A stretch of DNA of 64,000 bases, from positions 124,001 to 188,000 of the IMG/VR virus record IMGVR_UViG_3300049460_000128; one strand, 5' to 3'. Within the stretch, counting starts at the first letter, position 1; each line of letters starts with the position of its first letter. Below are positions 1-10,190 of this stretch, piece after piece. The notes under the pieces were generated by a model. The model saw only the letters and a program-made list of their open reading frames with translations. It was not told the DNA's origin and made no database searches. Both the position numbers and the translations under genes were made by a program.

Positions 1-1297
1 AGAAGTCCTGATGCTTCAACAGCGTATTCAGTTCCACCAATGCTTCATCGTCAATTGGCTGAAGGCCAGTGCTAGACAATGTGGTAATTTGTTCCGCGTA
101 TGGATCAACACTGCTCTCTTCCCTAAAGATCGACTCCAGGATGTTGTTGATCGTGTTTTTATGTTCCAAAGCCTGCGCGAGTGTTTGATAAACAGTGCGT
201 GGTTCGTCACCAATCGTCACCAGACCGGCGTTCAGCTCATTTATGTACTGGTATGACGCTTCCACGTCTGCAACAGCACTGGCGAGCTCTGGTTCCAACG
301 CAATTATCTGATCCTTGATATCTTGGATCATTTTGTCATGCTTGGCATCATGGATCTCTTGACCGCACGTATGGCACTTGTGCTCTTCAGCATGGGCCAA
401 GTTTGAAGCCAGTCGGCCCAACATCGTGTCTTTGTTGACCAGATCTTGCTCTTGACGACGCAAGTCTTTGCTTGCTTGGTTCAACAATCCAACGAGTGTT
501 CGATAGTCGGCCAACTTGTGGTGACTATCAATCTCGTAATCGATATTGAGGTTTTGCAGTTCTTCCAATTGACTCTCAGCCGATGCAATACGACTGTGAC
601 GTGCATTTTGCCAAGTGTTGCTCTTGTTCGTCAGGTCGTTGATCGTATTATGGATCTTTTGATTGCTGTCCTGTGCTGCCTTGATTCGATACTCTTCCTC
701 TTTGATCGAGTCTTTGGTATTCTTGATCAACTCTTTCAAGTTCTCACTACGCAGACTGATCTGAGTAATACCCAACAGCTCTTCGATCAACACTCGCTGA
801 TCACCTGGGCGCAGCTTCAGGAATGGTTCCGTGTATGTGTTCATTGCCACAATGTGACGGAACATGTCGTGACTGAAACCCAGAATCTTGTTGATTTCAA
901 CCTGAGTGTGTTTGCCCTCACCCTGACCTTCATCAGTCTCAGGTTCCATCAATTGCGTGTCATTGATAAAGTACCGGAAGAACTGTGGCTTGCGACCGCG
1001 TTCAATACGGAATTGTTTGCCATTCACTTCGAAGGAAATGTTGACAACCATATTCTTGCCGTTGATACTGTTGACCAAGTTGTCTTTCTTGATGTTGCTC
1101 AGCGGGATACCAAACAAGCCAAACGAGATGGCTTGCAGGATGGTACTTTTGCCCACGCCGTTACGGCTGTTGACACCACCAACGTCCATGTTCTCACCCA
1201 AGATCAGGGTGAGTGATTGACCGTCAAGGTCAAGTGTCTGTGGCACGTTGCCGACAGACAAGAAATTGCGCATGGTTACGCTTTTGATATTCAACAT
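1..1297 (-). CDS. 46: gp46-like Rad50/SbcC recombination ATPase subunit (partial, runs off left edge)
   Basis: Not in the ORF track. Hand translation from ATG at 1297 gives MLNIKSVTMRNFLSVGN...ILGENMDVGGVNSRNGVGKSTIL (Walker A), and a zinc-hook CHTC near 365-378. It abuts the gp47 stop codon. Confidence 0.93.
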   Translation of the reverse strand, partial: MLNIKSVTMRNFLSVGNVPQTLDLDGQSLTLILGENMDVGGVNSRNGVGKSTILQAISFGLFGIPLSNIKKDNLVNSINGKNMVVNISFEVNGKQFRIERGRKPQFFRYFINDTQLMEPETDEGQGEGKHTQVEINKILGFSHDMFRHIVAMNTYTEPFLKLRPGDQRVLIEELLGITQISLRSENLKELIKNTKDSIKEEEYRIKAAQDSNQKIHNTINDLTNKSNTWQNARHSRIASAESQLEELQNLNIDYEIDSHHKLADYRTLVGLLNQASKDLRRQEQDLVNKDTMLGRLASNLAHAEEHKCHTCGQEIHDAKHDKMIQDIKDQIIALEPELASAVADVEASYQYINELNAGLVTIGDEPRTVYQTLAQALEHKNTINNILESIFREESSVDPYAEQITTLSSTGLQPIDDEALVELNTLLKHQDF

Positions 1298-2338
1298 TTA
1301 CAAGAGTCCTCGATAGATTTCAATCAACACCTCGTTGGAAATGCCGCCACTCTGAACGGAGTTCAGGCCAGCTTCAACAATCTGATCGATGGACTGGAAT
1401 ACAGTCGAGTCGTCAAATTCTTGATCTTCAACGTTTGCTTTGTTGATTGGTATAAAGTCGATTTTACGAGCCCTGAAGTGGGTTGTAAAAATGTCTTTAA
1501 CGAATTGTGCTTCATCGTACGACAAATCGATATCAATGCTGGCGCGGATGTAGCTTTTGTTGACCACGAATTGCTCTGGAGTTTCAATCATCTCGCTGAG
1601 TTTCATAGTGCGATATTTAGGAGCGTCTGCCCACTCCTTAAAGATCGGCTCTTGACCCCATTCCAGGAACATGGCACCACGGTCGTCATCCCAGACGTCA
1701 CCAAAATTGAATGGGAAGATGTTGCCAATGTAGATCACCTTACCGCGTGCTTGTCGCTTGTGGAAGTGACCACTAAACACATAGTCTTGATGCACAAAAT
1801 GTTCGTGATGCAGTTCGCCATGATCTGGCATTTCAGTCATACCGTTCATGAAGAAGTGCGGCAACTCAAAGTGACCGAAGATGTATTTGCTAGTGATGTT
1901 TGGAATTGCTTTCCATTCTTCATTAACCAACCACGGCATGATCGTCACATTGCCGATAGTGAGTGGTTCTTTGACCACCACACAGTTCTCAATATTACGA
2001 CCAAACTCAACCGAATTAATGCTGCGATTGGTACGATACGGCAAGTCGTGATTGCCTGTAATCATGAAGAAGGTTTTGAATTCCTTCGCAATGCGTTCGA
2101 TGTTATTCAGACTGAAATTCATAGTACCAATCGAGATGGTATTACGATGATCGTGCCAGTCACCCAAGCAGATAATCGTATCAGCCCCGAACGCCTTTGC
2201 TTCGTCGATAAACCAGGTAACGAAGTCTTCGTTATCTTGATTGGCCACTACGTCATTGCCTTTACGACCCCAGTGGACGTCTGTCAGACACGCCACTTTA
2301 CCAAATAATTGGTTTTCACCATACTGCCACAAATCCAT
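1298..2338 (-). CDS. 47: gp47-like Mre11/SbcD recombination endonuclease subunit
   Basis: Metallophosphoesterase motifs TDVHWG, LGDWHD, GNHD, GHFE, SGHFH; adjacent to gp46. Confidence 0.93.
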   Translation of the reverse strand: MDLWQYGENQLFGKVACLTDVHWGRKGNDVVANQDNEDFVTWFIDEAKAFGADTIICLGDWHDHRNTISIGTMNFSLNNIERIAKEFKTFFMITGNHDLPYRTNRSINSVEFGRNIENCVVVKEPLTIGNVTIMPWLVNEEWKAIPNITSKYIFGHFELPHFFMNGMTEMPDHGELHHEHFVHQDYVFSGHFHKRQARGKVIYIGNIFPFNFGDVWDDDRGAMFLEWGQEPIFKEWADAPKYRTMKLSEMIETPEQFVVNKSYIRASIDIDLSYDEAQFVKDIFTTHFRARKIDFIPINKANVEDQEFDDSTVFQSIDQIVEAGLNSVQSGGISNEVLIEIYRGLL

Positions 2339-2616
2339 TAATCATTACCCCATTCTTCATCAACTCCACCACATTCTTTGCACCAACCAGGACCATCACA
2401 CGCATAATCCATTTCGTAGTCGTCATCTTCTACGTCTTCCATGCTTGCATGTTGATCCAACAGGTCATTGAAGTAACGGGCTTGATCATCAGTGAGCATA
2501 GGCTCTGAGTCAATGAATGCCAGTTTCAATTCTTGATAAGTTGGGTCACTCGACACCTGAAAATTGCTTCCCAGGATGTCTTTCAATTCTGTTGCTATTG
2601 TGTTTAGTGTAGTCAT
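2338..2616 (-). CDS. hypothetical acidic protein with Cys-containing tail
   Basis: 92 aa, AAGGA SD upstream, stop overlaps the gp47 start; C-terminal CDGPGWCKEC. Confidence 0.7.
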   Translation of the reverse strand: MTTLNTIATELKDILGSNFQVSSDPTYQELKLAFIDSEPMLTDDQARYFNDLLDQHASMEDVEDDDYEMDYACDGPGWCKECGGVDEEWGND

Positions 2617-2683
2617 GTTGATTTCCTTTTGCCAGTATTTTGCTGAAAGATACTCTACTTCGCATTATTTTTATCTGAAAACT

Positions 2684-2705
2684 AAAAAGGCCACTTACGT
2701 GGCCT
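2684..2705 (-). terminator. intrinsic terminator after gp55
   Basis: Minus strand AGGCCAC-GTAA-GTGGCCT-TTTT (GNRA loop, U tract). Confidence 0.8.
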
Positions 2706-2709
2706 CGTA

Positions 2710-3774
2710 TTACTCTTCTTCGTCTTCGTCCGGGAATGTGATACCATTGTCAAAGTCGTCTAACTCAGCTACCTCGTCAGTGGTTTCGCTTTCTTCCAAC
2801 TCTGCGATTTTATTCAGAACATCCAGATTGAATTCATCTTCTTCGTGAATGGCAGCAACCTGATGTTCATGCTCGTAGCCTTCCATGATGGTATGAGTTA
2901 CTTCGCCGAATCCACCTTCCATATGTCGACGCATGCCGCGTTCATATTCAAGATCATTCTGGCGAGTATATGATGGGCTAGCACCATTCATAATCAGTAT
3001 ATCATCGCGCATATTTTGACCACGTTTCTCTTTATTCAACACGTGAGTAAAGCAGTTTTTGACTGTGGTGGTATAGAATGCGAATGGGTTATCAGACTTG
3101 AATTCATCAAATTGCAAGCCGATTTGGCTCAATTGAAGCAAGGCATTGTTTTTCATCTCATCCAGATATGTGTAACCGCGCCAATTGCTTAGGCGTGAAT
3201 AACGATCAACCAAAAGGATGTACATGCTGGCAAGCCGGGAGGTCATCTTGCCTTTGGTCATATTGAACTTACCGTCAGTAATTGTACCTTCCCAGTGACT
3301 GCGCAGAACTTCCACCAGTGAACCGTCATCGTCGACATAGAAGTGTTTGAACGGCAGGAAAGGTGTACGGGTGTGATTGCCATTCTCGCCCTTGCCTTTA
3401 CGTTTACGGTGTGGGTCAAGTGGGATGTGTTGGGAGGTCATGACCCTAAAGATCAGTGATTTGGCTGAGATGGATTCGGGCAATACTTCGTAGGCTTTGA
3501 TTTCAGTTTGTGATCGCCCCGCATCGCGCAGGACTTTTTTCCCCGCTTGCGTGGTCTGATGTGCTTTTTTGGCTTTGGTCTCCTCGATAAACTCGGGAGT
3601 GATATCGAACACTGATGCCACAATTGCATCATATGCGCCATGTTCGGGTTTTTCGTAGCTGCAATATGTCAGCTTACTTTTGTGAATTTCAGCAAGAAAT
3701 TCTTTGTTGGTCAAGTATTGTACTGGGGCCTTGACGGCCTCAAAGTCAACTTGAGCAGAAACGGTGTCAGTCAT
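2710..3774 (-). CDS. 55: gp55-like late-transcription sigma factor
   Basis: YLTNKEFLAEI, NWRGYTYLDEM and FDEFKSDNPFAFYTT match gp55-family motifs; syntenic with gp47/gp46 as in T4-like phages. Confidence 0.85.
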   Translation of the reverse strand: MTDTVSAQVDFEAVKAPVQYLTNKEFLAEIHKSKLTYCSYEKPEHGAYDAIVASVFDITPEFIEETKAKKAHQTTQAGKKVLRDAGRSQTEIKAYEVLPESISAKSLIFRVMTSQHIPLDPHRKRKGKGENGNHTRTPFLPFKHFYVDDDGSLVEVLRSHWEGTITDGKFNMTKGKMTSRLASMYILLVDRYSRLSNWRGYTYLDEMKNNALLQLSQIGLQFDEFKSDNPFAFYTTTVKNCFTHVLNKEKRGQNMRDDILIMNGASPSYTRQNDLEYERGMRRHMEGGFGEVTHTIMEGYEHEHQVAAIHEEDEFNLDVLNKIAELEESETTDEVAELDDFDNGITFPDEDEEE

Positions 3775-3896
3775 GGTATTTTTATTGTTGTATCCATGTG
3801 GGCACTATTGCTCACGTATTAAGATGAATATACATGAATATATACATGCCATCAATAATCATGTATCTTGAGATTAAAGCAGCACTTAAAACATCC

Positions 3897-3904
3897 ACTA
3901 AATA
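3897..3904 (+). promoter_or_regulatory. putative late promoter (ACTAAATA)
   Basis: TAAATA core of the T4 late promoter TATAAATA, 10 nt before ATG 3915. Confidence 0.5.
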
Positions 3905-3914
3905 TGAGGTATAT

Positions 3915-4448
3915 ATGAAACACGTAGTATTCACGGTAGTTCGTTGCAACCCACCAACCCTGGGTCACCTGAAAGTTGTGCAGACGGTTGAGCAATTGGC
4001 AAAGACACTCGATTGCGACTATAAGCTGTTTACCACCAAGTCGCATGATGCCAAACGCAATCCCCTGACGGTTGACGACAAGGTTTATTTCCTGGAGCAG
4101 CTGATGCCCGGATATGAGTTCAATGTCACGGTCAATCCATTCTCAGCTTGCCGTGAACTGGCAGCAATGGGTTACGAAAGTGCCACATTGGTTGTTGGCG
4201 AAGATCGCAATTTGGATCTGGTCGTTCAACTGAAAAAATACATTGGTCACCCTGTCGCAGAACATGACATTGGCCTCAAGGAAGTAGAAGGGTACGTGAT
4301 TGAACGCTCATCTACTGACTACAGCTCGAGTACAACTCGTGCCCTGGTAGTCGAAGGAAACTTTGATGGTTTCCGCAAACAAGTCCCAAGCGCTGATCTG
4401 TCGGTCATCACTAAACTGTACGATACGATCAGGAGGAATTTAGGTTAA
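3915..4448 (+). CDS. cytidylyltransferase-like (HIGH-motif) nucleotidyltransferase
   Basis: RCNPPTLGH (phage RFNPPTxGH type), NPL, VVGEDR and SSSTTR motifs; GAGGT SD favours the start at 3915. Confidence 0.8.
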   Translation: MKHVVFTVVRCNPPTLGHLKVVQTVEQLAKTLDCDYKLFTTKSHDAKRNPLTVDDKVYFLEQLMPGYEFNVTVNPFSACRELAAMGYESATLVVGEDRNLDLVVQLKKYIGHPVAEHDIGLKEVEGYVIERSSTDYSSSTTRALVVEGNFDGFRKQVPSADLSVITKLYDTIRRNLG

Positions 4449-4451
4449 TGA

Positions 4452-5366
4452 ATGGCTGATTATCTCTCGAAACTTAGTAGTGTGTCTATCCCTTCTGGGC
4501 AAGACGCAATTGATGCCTTGCAAACATCATCCCTGAATAACATCTCGGGGATTCCAGGCAATCCTTTTAGTGGCGGTAACCCCCTGAAATCATTGGGCCC
4601 CACCGTCACCAATTTGACCAACGATGCAAAAAATAGCGCACAGGCTATTGCCACCGGGATGTCGATTCCTGGTGTAGATGCTACTGGTGCTATGCAGACC
4701 GTGGTAGTACCAGGCACACGACCAACGAGAGATTTTCGTATTCGCCTTGCACCTAAGGTGAATGCCAATCTGGCAGTATATGGTGCGAATGACGATTCAA
4801 ATATTCTGAATCCATTGCGTGGAACTCAGGGTATGATGTTTCCATTCACTCCAACTATTGACTGGGCACAATCAGTTCAATATAAAACCACATCATTGGT
4901 TCACAGCAACCAAGACTATCTGTCATACGAAAATACCCCGAGTACAAATATCAGTATCTCGGGTACTTTCGTTATTCAAAATGAAAAAGAAGCCAAATAT
5001 ATGCTGGCCTGTATTCACTTCCTTCGTGTGGTCAGCAAATCATATTTTGGTAAGGCAAGCTTCAAAGAGCCTTCTAGCGGGGAACCATCATTGGCTGGTT
5101 TGCCACCACCAGTTCTGACTCTGAATGGTTATGGTGATTATATGTTCAATGATCTACCTGTCATTGTTAAGGATCACAATTACACGTTCAAACCAGATGT
5201 CAGTTATATTGATTTCACGGTTAATGGATCACCCATCAGATTGCCAGCAATCATGGATATATCGGTGAAATTGGTGGTACAGAATACTCCAAAGCGTCTA
5301 AAGGATAAATTCGATCTTGATAAATTCCGTACTGGCGAATTGATGAAATCGAAGGGGTGGATTTAA
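4452..5366 (+). CDS. baseplate tube-initiator-like protein (gp48/gp54-like)
   Basis: FPFTPTI and GLPPPVLTLNGYGDYMFNDLPV motifs; first gene of the baseplate module, before gp53. Confidence 0.55.
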   Translation: MADYLSKLSSVSIPSGQDAIDALQTSSLNNISGIPGNPFSGGNPLKSLGPTVTNLTNDAKNSAQAIATGMSIPGVDATGAMQTVVVPGTRPTRDFRIRLAPKVNANLAVYGANDDSNILNPLRGTQGMMFPFTPTIDWAQSVQYKTTSLVHSNQDYLSYENTPSTNISISGTFVIQNEKEAKYMLACIHFLRVVSKSYFGKASFKEPSSGEPSLAGLPPPVLTLNGYGDYMFNDLPVIVKDHNYTFKPDVSYIDFTVNGSPIRLPAIMDISVKLVVQNTPKRLKDKFDLDKFRTGELMKSKGWI

Positions 5367-5668
5367 TGACTAAGGTAGTCTACGACCCAAGTTCTCCCTA
5401 TTATGGAACTCCACAGACCAACTGGTATTTGGGCCCAATCTCCTACCGGGAGATACCAGCGCATACCAGCGACATGTACATTCAACTCGATGCAAAGTAC
5501 GAGTACCGTCCAGATATGCTGTCCAATGACGTATACGGCACGCCCAAGTACTGGTGGACCTTTATGGTTCGCAACATTGATATAATCCGAGATCCAATCT
5601 GGGATTTGAAGGCGGGAACACTCATGTACATTCCCACGTTAGAACGTATTCAACAAATTATAGGTTAA
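5366..5668 (+). CDS. 53: gp53-like baseplate wedge protein (LysM-like)
   Basis: YRPDMLSNDVYGTPKYWWTFMVRN...LKAGTLMYIP; TAATG coupling to the previous gene. Confidence 0.8.
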   Translation: MTKVVYDPSSPYYGTPQTNWYLGPISYREIPAHTSDMYIQLDAKYEYRPDMLSNDVYGTPKYWWTFMVRNIDIIRDPIWDLKAGTLMYIPTLERIQQIIG

Positions 5669-5669
5669 C

Positions 5670-8180
5670 ATGGCACTAACTCCAAAAGGCGTAACTGATG
5701 CAATCACTGACAAGGTAGTATCCAATCCACTCGTCAGTACAGGATCAAGTATTATCAAAGCGCCTACCAGTGTAGCGGCAATCACGCAGACATCCAAAAA
5801 CAAATTGGACAACGGTACTAGCACGGCTACATCAACTGGACAGCCAACACTCAATTCACCAAAAGACACGCTGGATTCGTTGGATGGCTGGAATGAGAAT
5901 GTCCTCAATGCCTTGCAGCAAGCCTCATATCGCATTCGCTTTTACATGGCCGAAGATAATCCCATGTTACCACAACGTTCGGCCACCTATGCTGACTTCA
6001 TCAAGCGCATGAATAGTCGTAAACAAACCACCCTAGCGGCAACTGGTGTAACGGGCATCAATATCTTGAGTCTGCAAATGACCACGATCCCAGCACCCAA
6101 TAAGCAAACTCGCAGCATGAGTGCTACCACGATGACCATGGTTTTGAAAGAGAACATGGGCGTCAACTTCATGAATGATTTGGCATTGGGTGCAAGGAAT
6201 CTGAAGATCCGCAATCTGGCACAGACTCCATATTTTATTGAGATTTCATTCCACGGTTACGCTCAAGATGGTACCATTGTGGCTAATGCGTGTGACAGTG
6301 ATGCATTTCCGAATGGTGGAGTATGGCTCTATCAAGTTGGTATTCAAAACATTGCTAGTGAGCTGGATGATAGTGGTACAAAATATACCCTGACATTGTT
6401 CCCATACGAGCAAAAGATCTACGATCAAAACAACTTGCAATTACCAGAGTCGATGTCCATTGAAGGGCGCACCATCGGTGATATTCTGAATGGTGTTGCA
6501 TCTCGATGGAATGAAAGTATCAAGCAAACTTACGGCTTCCAGGCTAATGAATACAAGTTTGTTATCCCGAAGGTTCAAACCAAAACAGGCGAGACCATTG
6601 ATGTGACGGCAGCCCCATTAGTGCCAGATCAAGACAAGTTCGCGCACAAGCGCGCCTATTCCATGGAACCTGGATCGAACGATAAGATCAAGGTACATTT
6701 GCCTAGAAACATGGCATTGAATGATATCGTGGAGATGGTGTTCGCCAATAGTAAATTGGGTAAAACACTTGGTATGGATGTGACGACCACCGAATCATTT
6801 AAAGGGGCGGTTGAGAAAGACCCCAAAGCGGCAATGCGCGAGTGCATCATCTTCCGTGCTGAATGTACCGCCGATCTTATGGGCGGCGAAGACGGAAATG
6901 ATGCATACGATTTTAGTTTGGAAAATTATATGATGAGCTACACGATTCATATTTTGCCCTACTATACGCAATTGCCGATTTTGGATCGTCAGGACGTAAT
7001 TACCTCACAGGATCCAAAAGTGCAAGCGCAGAATGGTCTCAATCTTCGCAAGCGTGGATATTTGTCCAAGCGTTACGACTATCTGTACTCGGGTCTCAAC
7101 ACTGAAGTTCAGCACGTTGATATCAAATTCAACCTGAAATGGCAAAATGCACTGCCACGTATTCTGGGTACGAATACCACGCAGGAAGCATTGGCACCGC
7201 AGGACAAAAAGAATGAAGATCCACGCGACGTATTGATCAAGCAGAAGGCTGAGTTGGATAAAGCCAATGCCGAATTGCGTAAGGTGAAAGAGAAGACTGA
7301 AGAGCACGATTTGAATCAAAGTGAAATTGCTCGTTTGACGGCCAATAATCAGAAAGAAGAAGCAGAAAAATTACGCAAGAGTGATGAAGCATCGTGGAGC
7401 TCTTTCATCAAAGATCGCGATAGTGACGAAGGTAAACAACGACTGTCGAAAGCTAAAGATATTCAAGCAAAGGCATTGGCTGAATTAGAAAAAGCACGCG
7501 CCAAGGTAAAGACTGCTAGGTTGGAACAAATCAATACTGGTGTCAAACGCACATCCTTGCATGAGTTTGGTGAAGATCAAAGCAAGGATGACACCCAATT
7601 GTCATACAAGCAACCGGTATCATTCGTGCAATCCAATAAGGATAACAAGATTGGCACCATCATGAACGATTATTACACGAATGATCGATCGGTATTTGGT
7701 GCAGTATTGGACCAACTCTATACACCAATGGCAGACGGGATGAGTCAGATAGCAATGGATGTAAGGGGTGACCCGTATTGGCTGGGTGCCAGCAATTTTG
7801 AATCCAATTATATCTTGGCTGTTCGTCCAGCCGATTCGGTAATTCGCAATTTCGATGCACCGATCCCGCAGTATATGACGCGCCCAAATTATTTGGCTGG
7901 CGATGTGATGTTCCTATTGAGTTTCAAATATCCAGCGATGGTATCTGAAACTGGTATACCTGAAGTCAAGTCAAACGAATTCTTCACGGGTGTGTATCAG
8001 ACAACCAAGATCACACATAAATTCGAGGCTGGCTATTTTAGTCAACGTCTTGAAGGCAAGCGCATGCCATTGATTGAAGTCTATAAGGCATTTGGTTATC
8101 AGGATCCGGATGATGTGAAAGCAGCCGCGCAAGCAAAAGCAGAAGCTGATGCTGCACGTGAAAAGAAAAATAAAAGCTGA
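5670..8180 (+). CDS. baseplate hub protein (gp27/GpD-like) with coiled-coil insertion
   Basis: Lies between gp53 and gp5; C-terminal VRGDPYWL and FTGVYQTTKITHKFEAGYFSQRL; charged coiled coil in the middle. Confidence 0.6.
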   Translation: MALTPKGVTDAITDKVVSNPLVSTGSSIIKAPTSVAAITQTSKNKLDNGTSTATSTGQPTLNSPKDTLDSLDGWNENVLNALQQASYRIRFYMAEDNPMLPQRSATYADFIKRMNSRKQTTLAATGVTGINILSLQMTTIPAPNKQTRSMSATTMTMVLKENMGVNFMNDLALGARNLKIRNLAQTPYFIEISFHGYAQDGTIVANACDSDAFPNGGVWLYQVGIQNIASELDDSGTKYTLTLFPYEQKIYDQNNLQLPESMSIEGRTIGDILNGVASRWNESIKQTYGFQANEYKFVIPKVQTKTGETIDVTAAPLVPDQDKFAHKRAYSMEPGSNDKIKVHLPRNMALNDIVEMVFANSKLGKTLGMDVTTTESFKGAVEKDPKAAMRECIIFRAECTADLMGGEDGNDAYDFSLENYMMSYTIHILPYYTQLPILDRQDVITSQDPKVQAQNGLNLRKRGYLSKRYDYLYSGLNTEVQHVDIKFNLKWQNALPRILGTNTTQEALAPQDKKNEDPRDVLIKQKAELDKANAELRKVKEKTEEHDLNQSEIARLTANNQKEEAEKLRKSDEASWSSFIKDRDSDEGKQRLSKAKDIQAKALAELEKARAKVKTARLEQINTGVKRTSLHEFGEDQSKDDTQLSYKQPVSFVQSNKDNKIGTIMNDYYTNDRSVFGAVLDQLYTPMADGMSQIAMDVRGDPYWLGASNFESNYILAVRPADSVIRNFDAPIPQYMTRPNYLAGDVMFLLSFKYPAMVSETGIPEVKSNEFFTGVYQTTKITHKFEAGYFSQRLEGKRMPLIEVYKAFGYQDPDDVKAAAQAKAEADAAREKKNKS

Positions 8181-8188
8181 GGTAAAGG

Positions 8189-10123
8189 ATGTTTGGTGCA
8201 TTGGGTAGAAAGGATGATGATTCCAGCAAGATCGTCGACAGTAAGGTGTATTTGGGCTTTGTGAAGAACAATGTCGATGTGCAAAAGATGGGCCGTCTTG
8301 CGGTTTATATTCCTGAAATGGGTACTGACCCAGATGATGAGAATCAATGGTACATTGCATCATATGCGAGCCCATTTGCTGGCGCGTCGAGTATCCGTGA
8401 CACGGTGTCCAACAGCCAGAACGAGGATGGGTCACAGCACGCATATGGTTTCTGGATGATCCCACCTGATCTTGAAAATCAGGTATTGGTATTGTTCATT
8501 AACGGTGAAGTAACGAAATGCGTGTGGTTCGCATGTATGTATCAACAGAACATGAACCACATGGTGCCCGGAATAGCAAGTGATAAAAGCTTCCAGGAAG
8601 GATCGGATCAGGTATTGCCACCAGTTGTTGAGTACAACAAGGCAGATGCAAATGTTGATGCTGCTGCACCAATTAGACCACGCTTTAATGCCTTGCATGA
8701 AGGCTTGAGTGATCAAGGTCTCTATACTGACTTTGAACGTGGTCCATCGAGTGGTAGTGCTCGTCGTGAAACACCATCGAAGGTATTTGGCTTCAATACA
8801 CCAAGGGCAAATTGCATCTATATTGATGATGATCCCGCCAATGAATTGATTCGGTTGCGTACCCGTTCAGGTACTCAGATTCTCGTGCATGAAACGAACG
8901 GATATGTGTATATCAATTCTGGATCAGGCAACAGCTGGTTGGAAGTATCAGATGACGGCATCGACATCTATACAGATGGCAGTATTTCGATGCGTGCCAA
9001 GCAGGACTTCAATGTTCGTGCAGAACGCAATATCAATCTTGATGCTGCGGGTACCGTGAATATTACCGCAGGTGCGAATATTAATTCATATGCGGCTGGC
9101 ACAATGAATAATAAAGCGGGCAGCGCCATCAATGAGGATGCGGCAACAATTAATAATCATGCCAGCACACACAATACCAAAGCGAGTTCAGTGAATCGTG
9201 ATGGGCAGATCAAAGACAACAATGGTGCAGCGGCGGCAAATGCCGTGACAGCACCAAAGACTATTGCGAGGGCGGACGTGCCAAGTGGCACACTGAATAC
9301 CACCAATAGTCGTATGCCGACGCATGAGCCTTTTGCCTTACACCCTAAGAGCAAGAACCTCAAACCGCCGATTGGTGACTTACCAGCCGACGGCAGCGTG
9401 GAAACTCCTGCGGGTAGTGGGAGCAGTATGGGTAGTGGTGTGGGTCCAAGTCAGCAGAATCAGACATTTAACAATCCACCCTCTAAGAATCAAAAAACAG
9501 GAGATGGAGGAAATAACAAAGTGGTTCTCGACGACGCCTCAAAGGCAAAACTTATTTCAGCTGGTAATGCAAAAGCCAGTGAACGTGTGGTAGCGGCAAT
9601 TCGCCGTGCTTCAGATATGACTGGTGTGGACTTTGGCTATTTGATGGCCATGTGTGAAAAGGAAAGTACCTTTAACCCAAATGCACAAGCACCAACCAGC
9701 TCCGCTAAAGGGTTGTTCCAATTTACTGATGGTACGTGGGAAGCGGTACGTAAGAAATACCCACAATACAATATCGGTCCAAATGATCAATTCAACCCTG
9801 AAGCAAATGCGCTCATGGGTGCATTGTTGACAAAGGAAAATACCAAGTCATTGCAAGCTTACGGCGTGTCCGACCCAAGCCCATCTGACTTGTACTTGGC
9901 ACACTTTGCTGGTCCAAGTGGCGCTGCTAAACTGATCAAAGCACCTGCCGATGGTAATGCAGCTCAGGTTATTGGTGATAAAGCAGCCAATGCCAATAAG
10001 AGTGTGTTCTATTCCAATGGTCAACCCAAAACGGTTGCTCAGGTTACGGGCAATTTCAGTAATTTTATCACCCCACGCGCAACCGCGTATGCGGACTTCG
10101 GTAAATCAGGCACAACTGGCTAA
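8189..10123 (+). CDS. 5: gp5-like baseplate spike with C-terminal soluble lytic transglycosylase
   Basis: N-terminal OB-fold motifs (MGRLAVYIP, YGFWMIPPDLENQVLVLF), beta-helix-like repeats, then SLT motif KESTFNPNA...SSAKGLFQF...LYLAHFAG. Confidence 0.85.
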   Translation: MFGALGRKDDDSSKIVDSKVYLGFVKNNVDVQKMGRLAVYIPEMGTDPDDENQWYIASYASPFAGASSIRDTVSNSQNEDGSQHAYGFWMIPPDLENQVLVLFINGEVTKCVWFACMYQQNMNHMVPGIASDKSFQEGSDQVLPPVVEYNKADANVDAAAPIRPRFNALHEGLSDQGLYTDFERGPSSGSARRETPSKVFGFNTPRANCIYIDDDPANELIRLRTRSGTQILVHETNGYVYINSGSGNSWLEVSDDGIDIYTDGSISMRAKQDFNVRAERNINLDAAGTVNITAGANINSYAAGTMNNKAGSAINEDAATINNHASTHNTKASSVNRDGQIKDNNGAAAANAVTAPKTIARADVPSGTLNTTNSRMPTHEPFALHPKSKNLKPPIGDLPADGSVETPAGSGSSMGSGVGPSQQNQTFNNPPSKNQKTGDGGNNKVVLDDASKAKLISAGNAKASERVVAAIRRASDMTGVDFGYLMAMCEKESTFNPNAQAPTSSAKGLFQFTDGTWEAVRKKYPQYNIGPNDQFNPEANALMGALLTKENTKSLQAYGVSDPSPSDLYLAHFAGPSGAAKLIKAPADGNAAQVIGDKAANANKSVFYSNGQPKTVAQVTGNFSNFITPRATAYADFGKSGTTG

Positions 10124-10159
10124 TAGTGTTCAGGTAATTAAATGCGTACTTATATCATG

Positions 10160-10167
10160 AATAAATA
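10160..10167 (+). promoter_or_regulatory. putative late promoter (AATAAATA)
   Basis: TAAATA core upstream of gp25. Confidence 0.5.
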
Positions 10168-10190
10168 CTCAGATAATTACCTGGGCTCTT

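Noticed and set aside
446-2308. Long plus-strand ORFs 446-1216 and 1217-2308
   Set aside because: Antisense shadows of gp46/gp47, which carry the real motifs on the minus strand; no recognisable motifs of their own.
3824-3848. Short tandem repeat ATGAATATAC/ATGAATATATAC in the gp55 divergent gap
   Set aside because: Two low-complexity AT-rich copies only; not distinguishable from chance.
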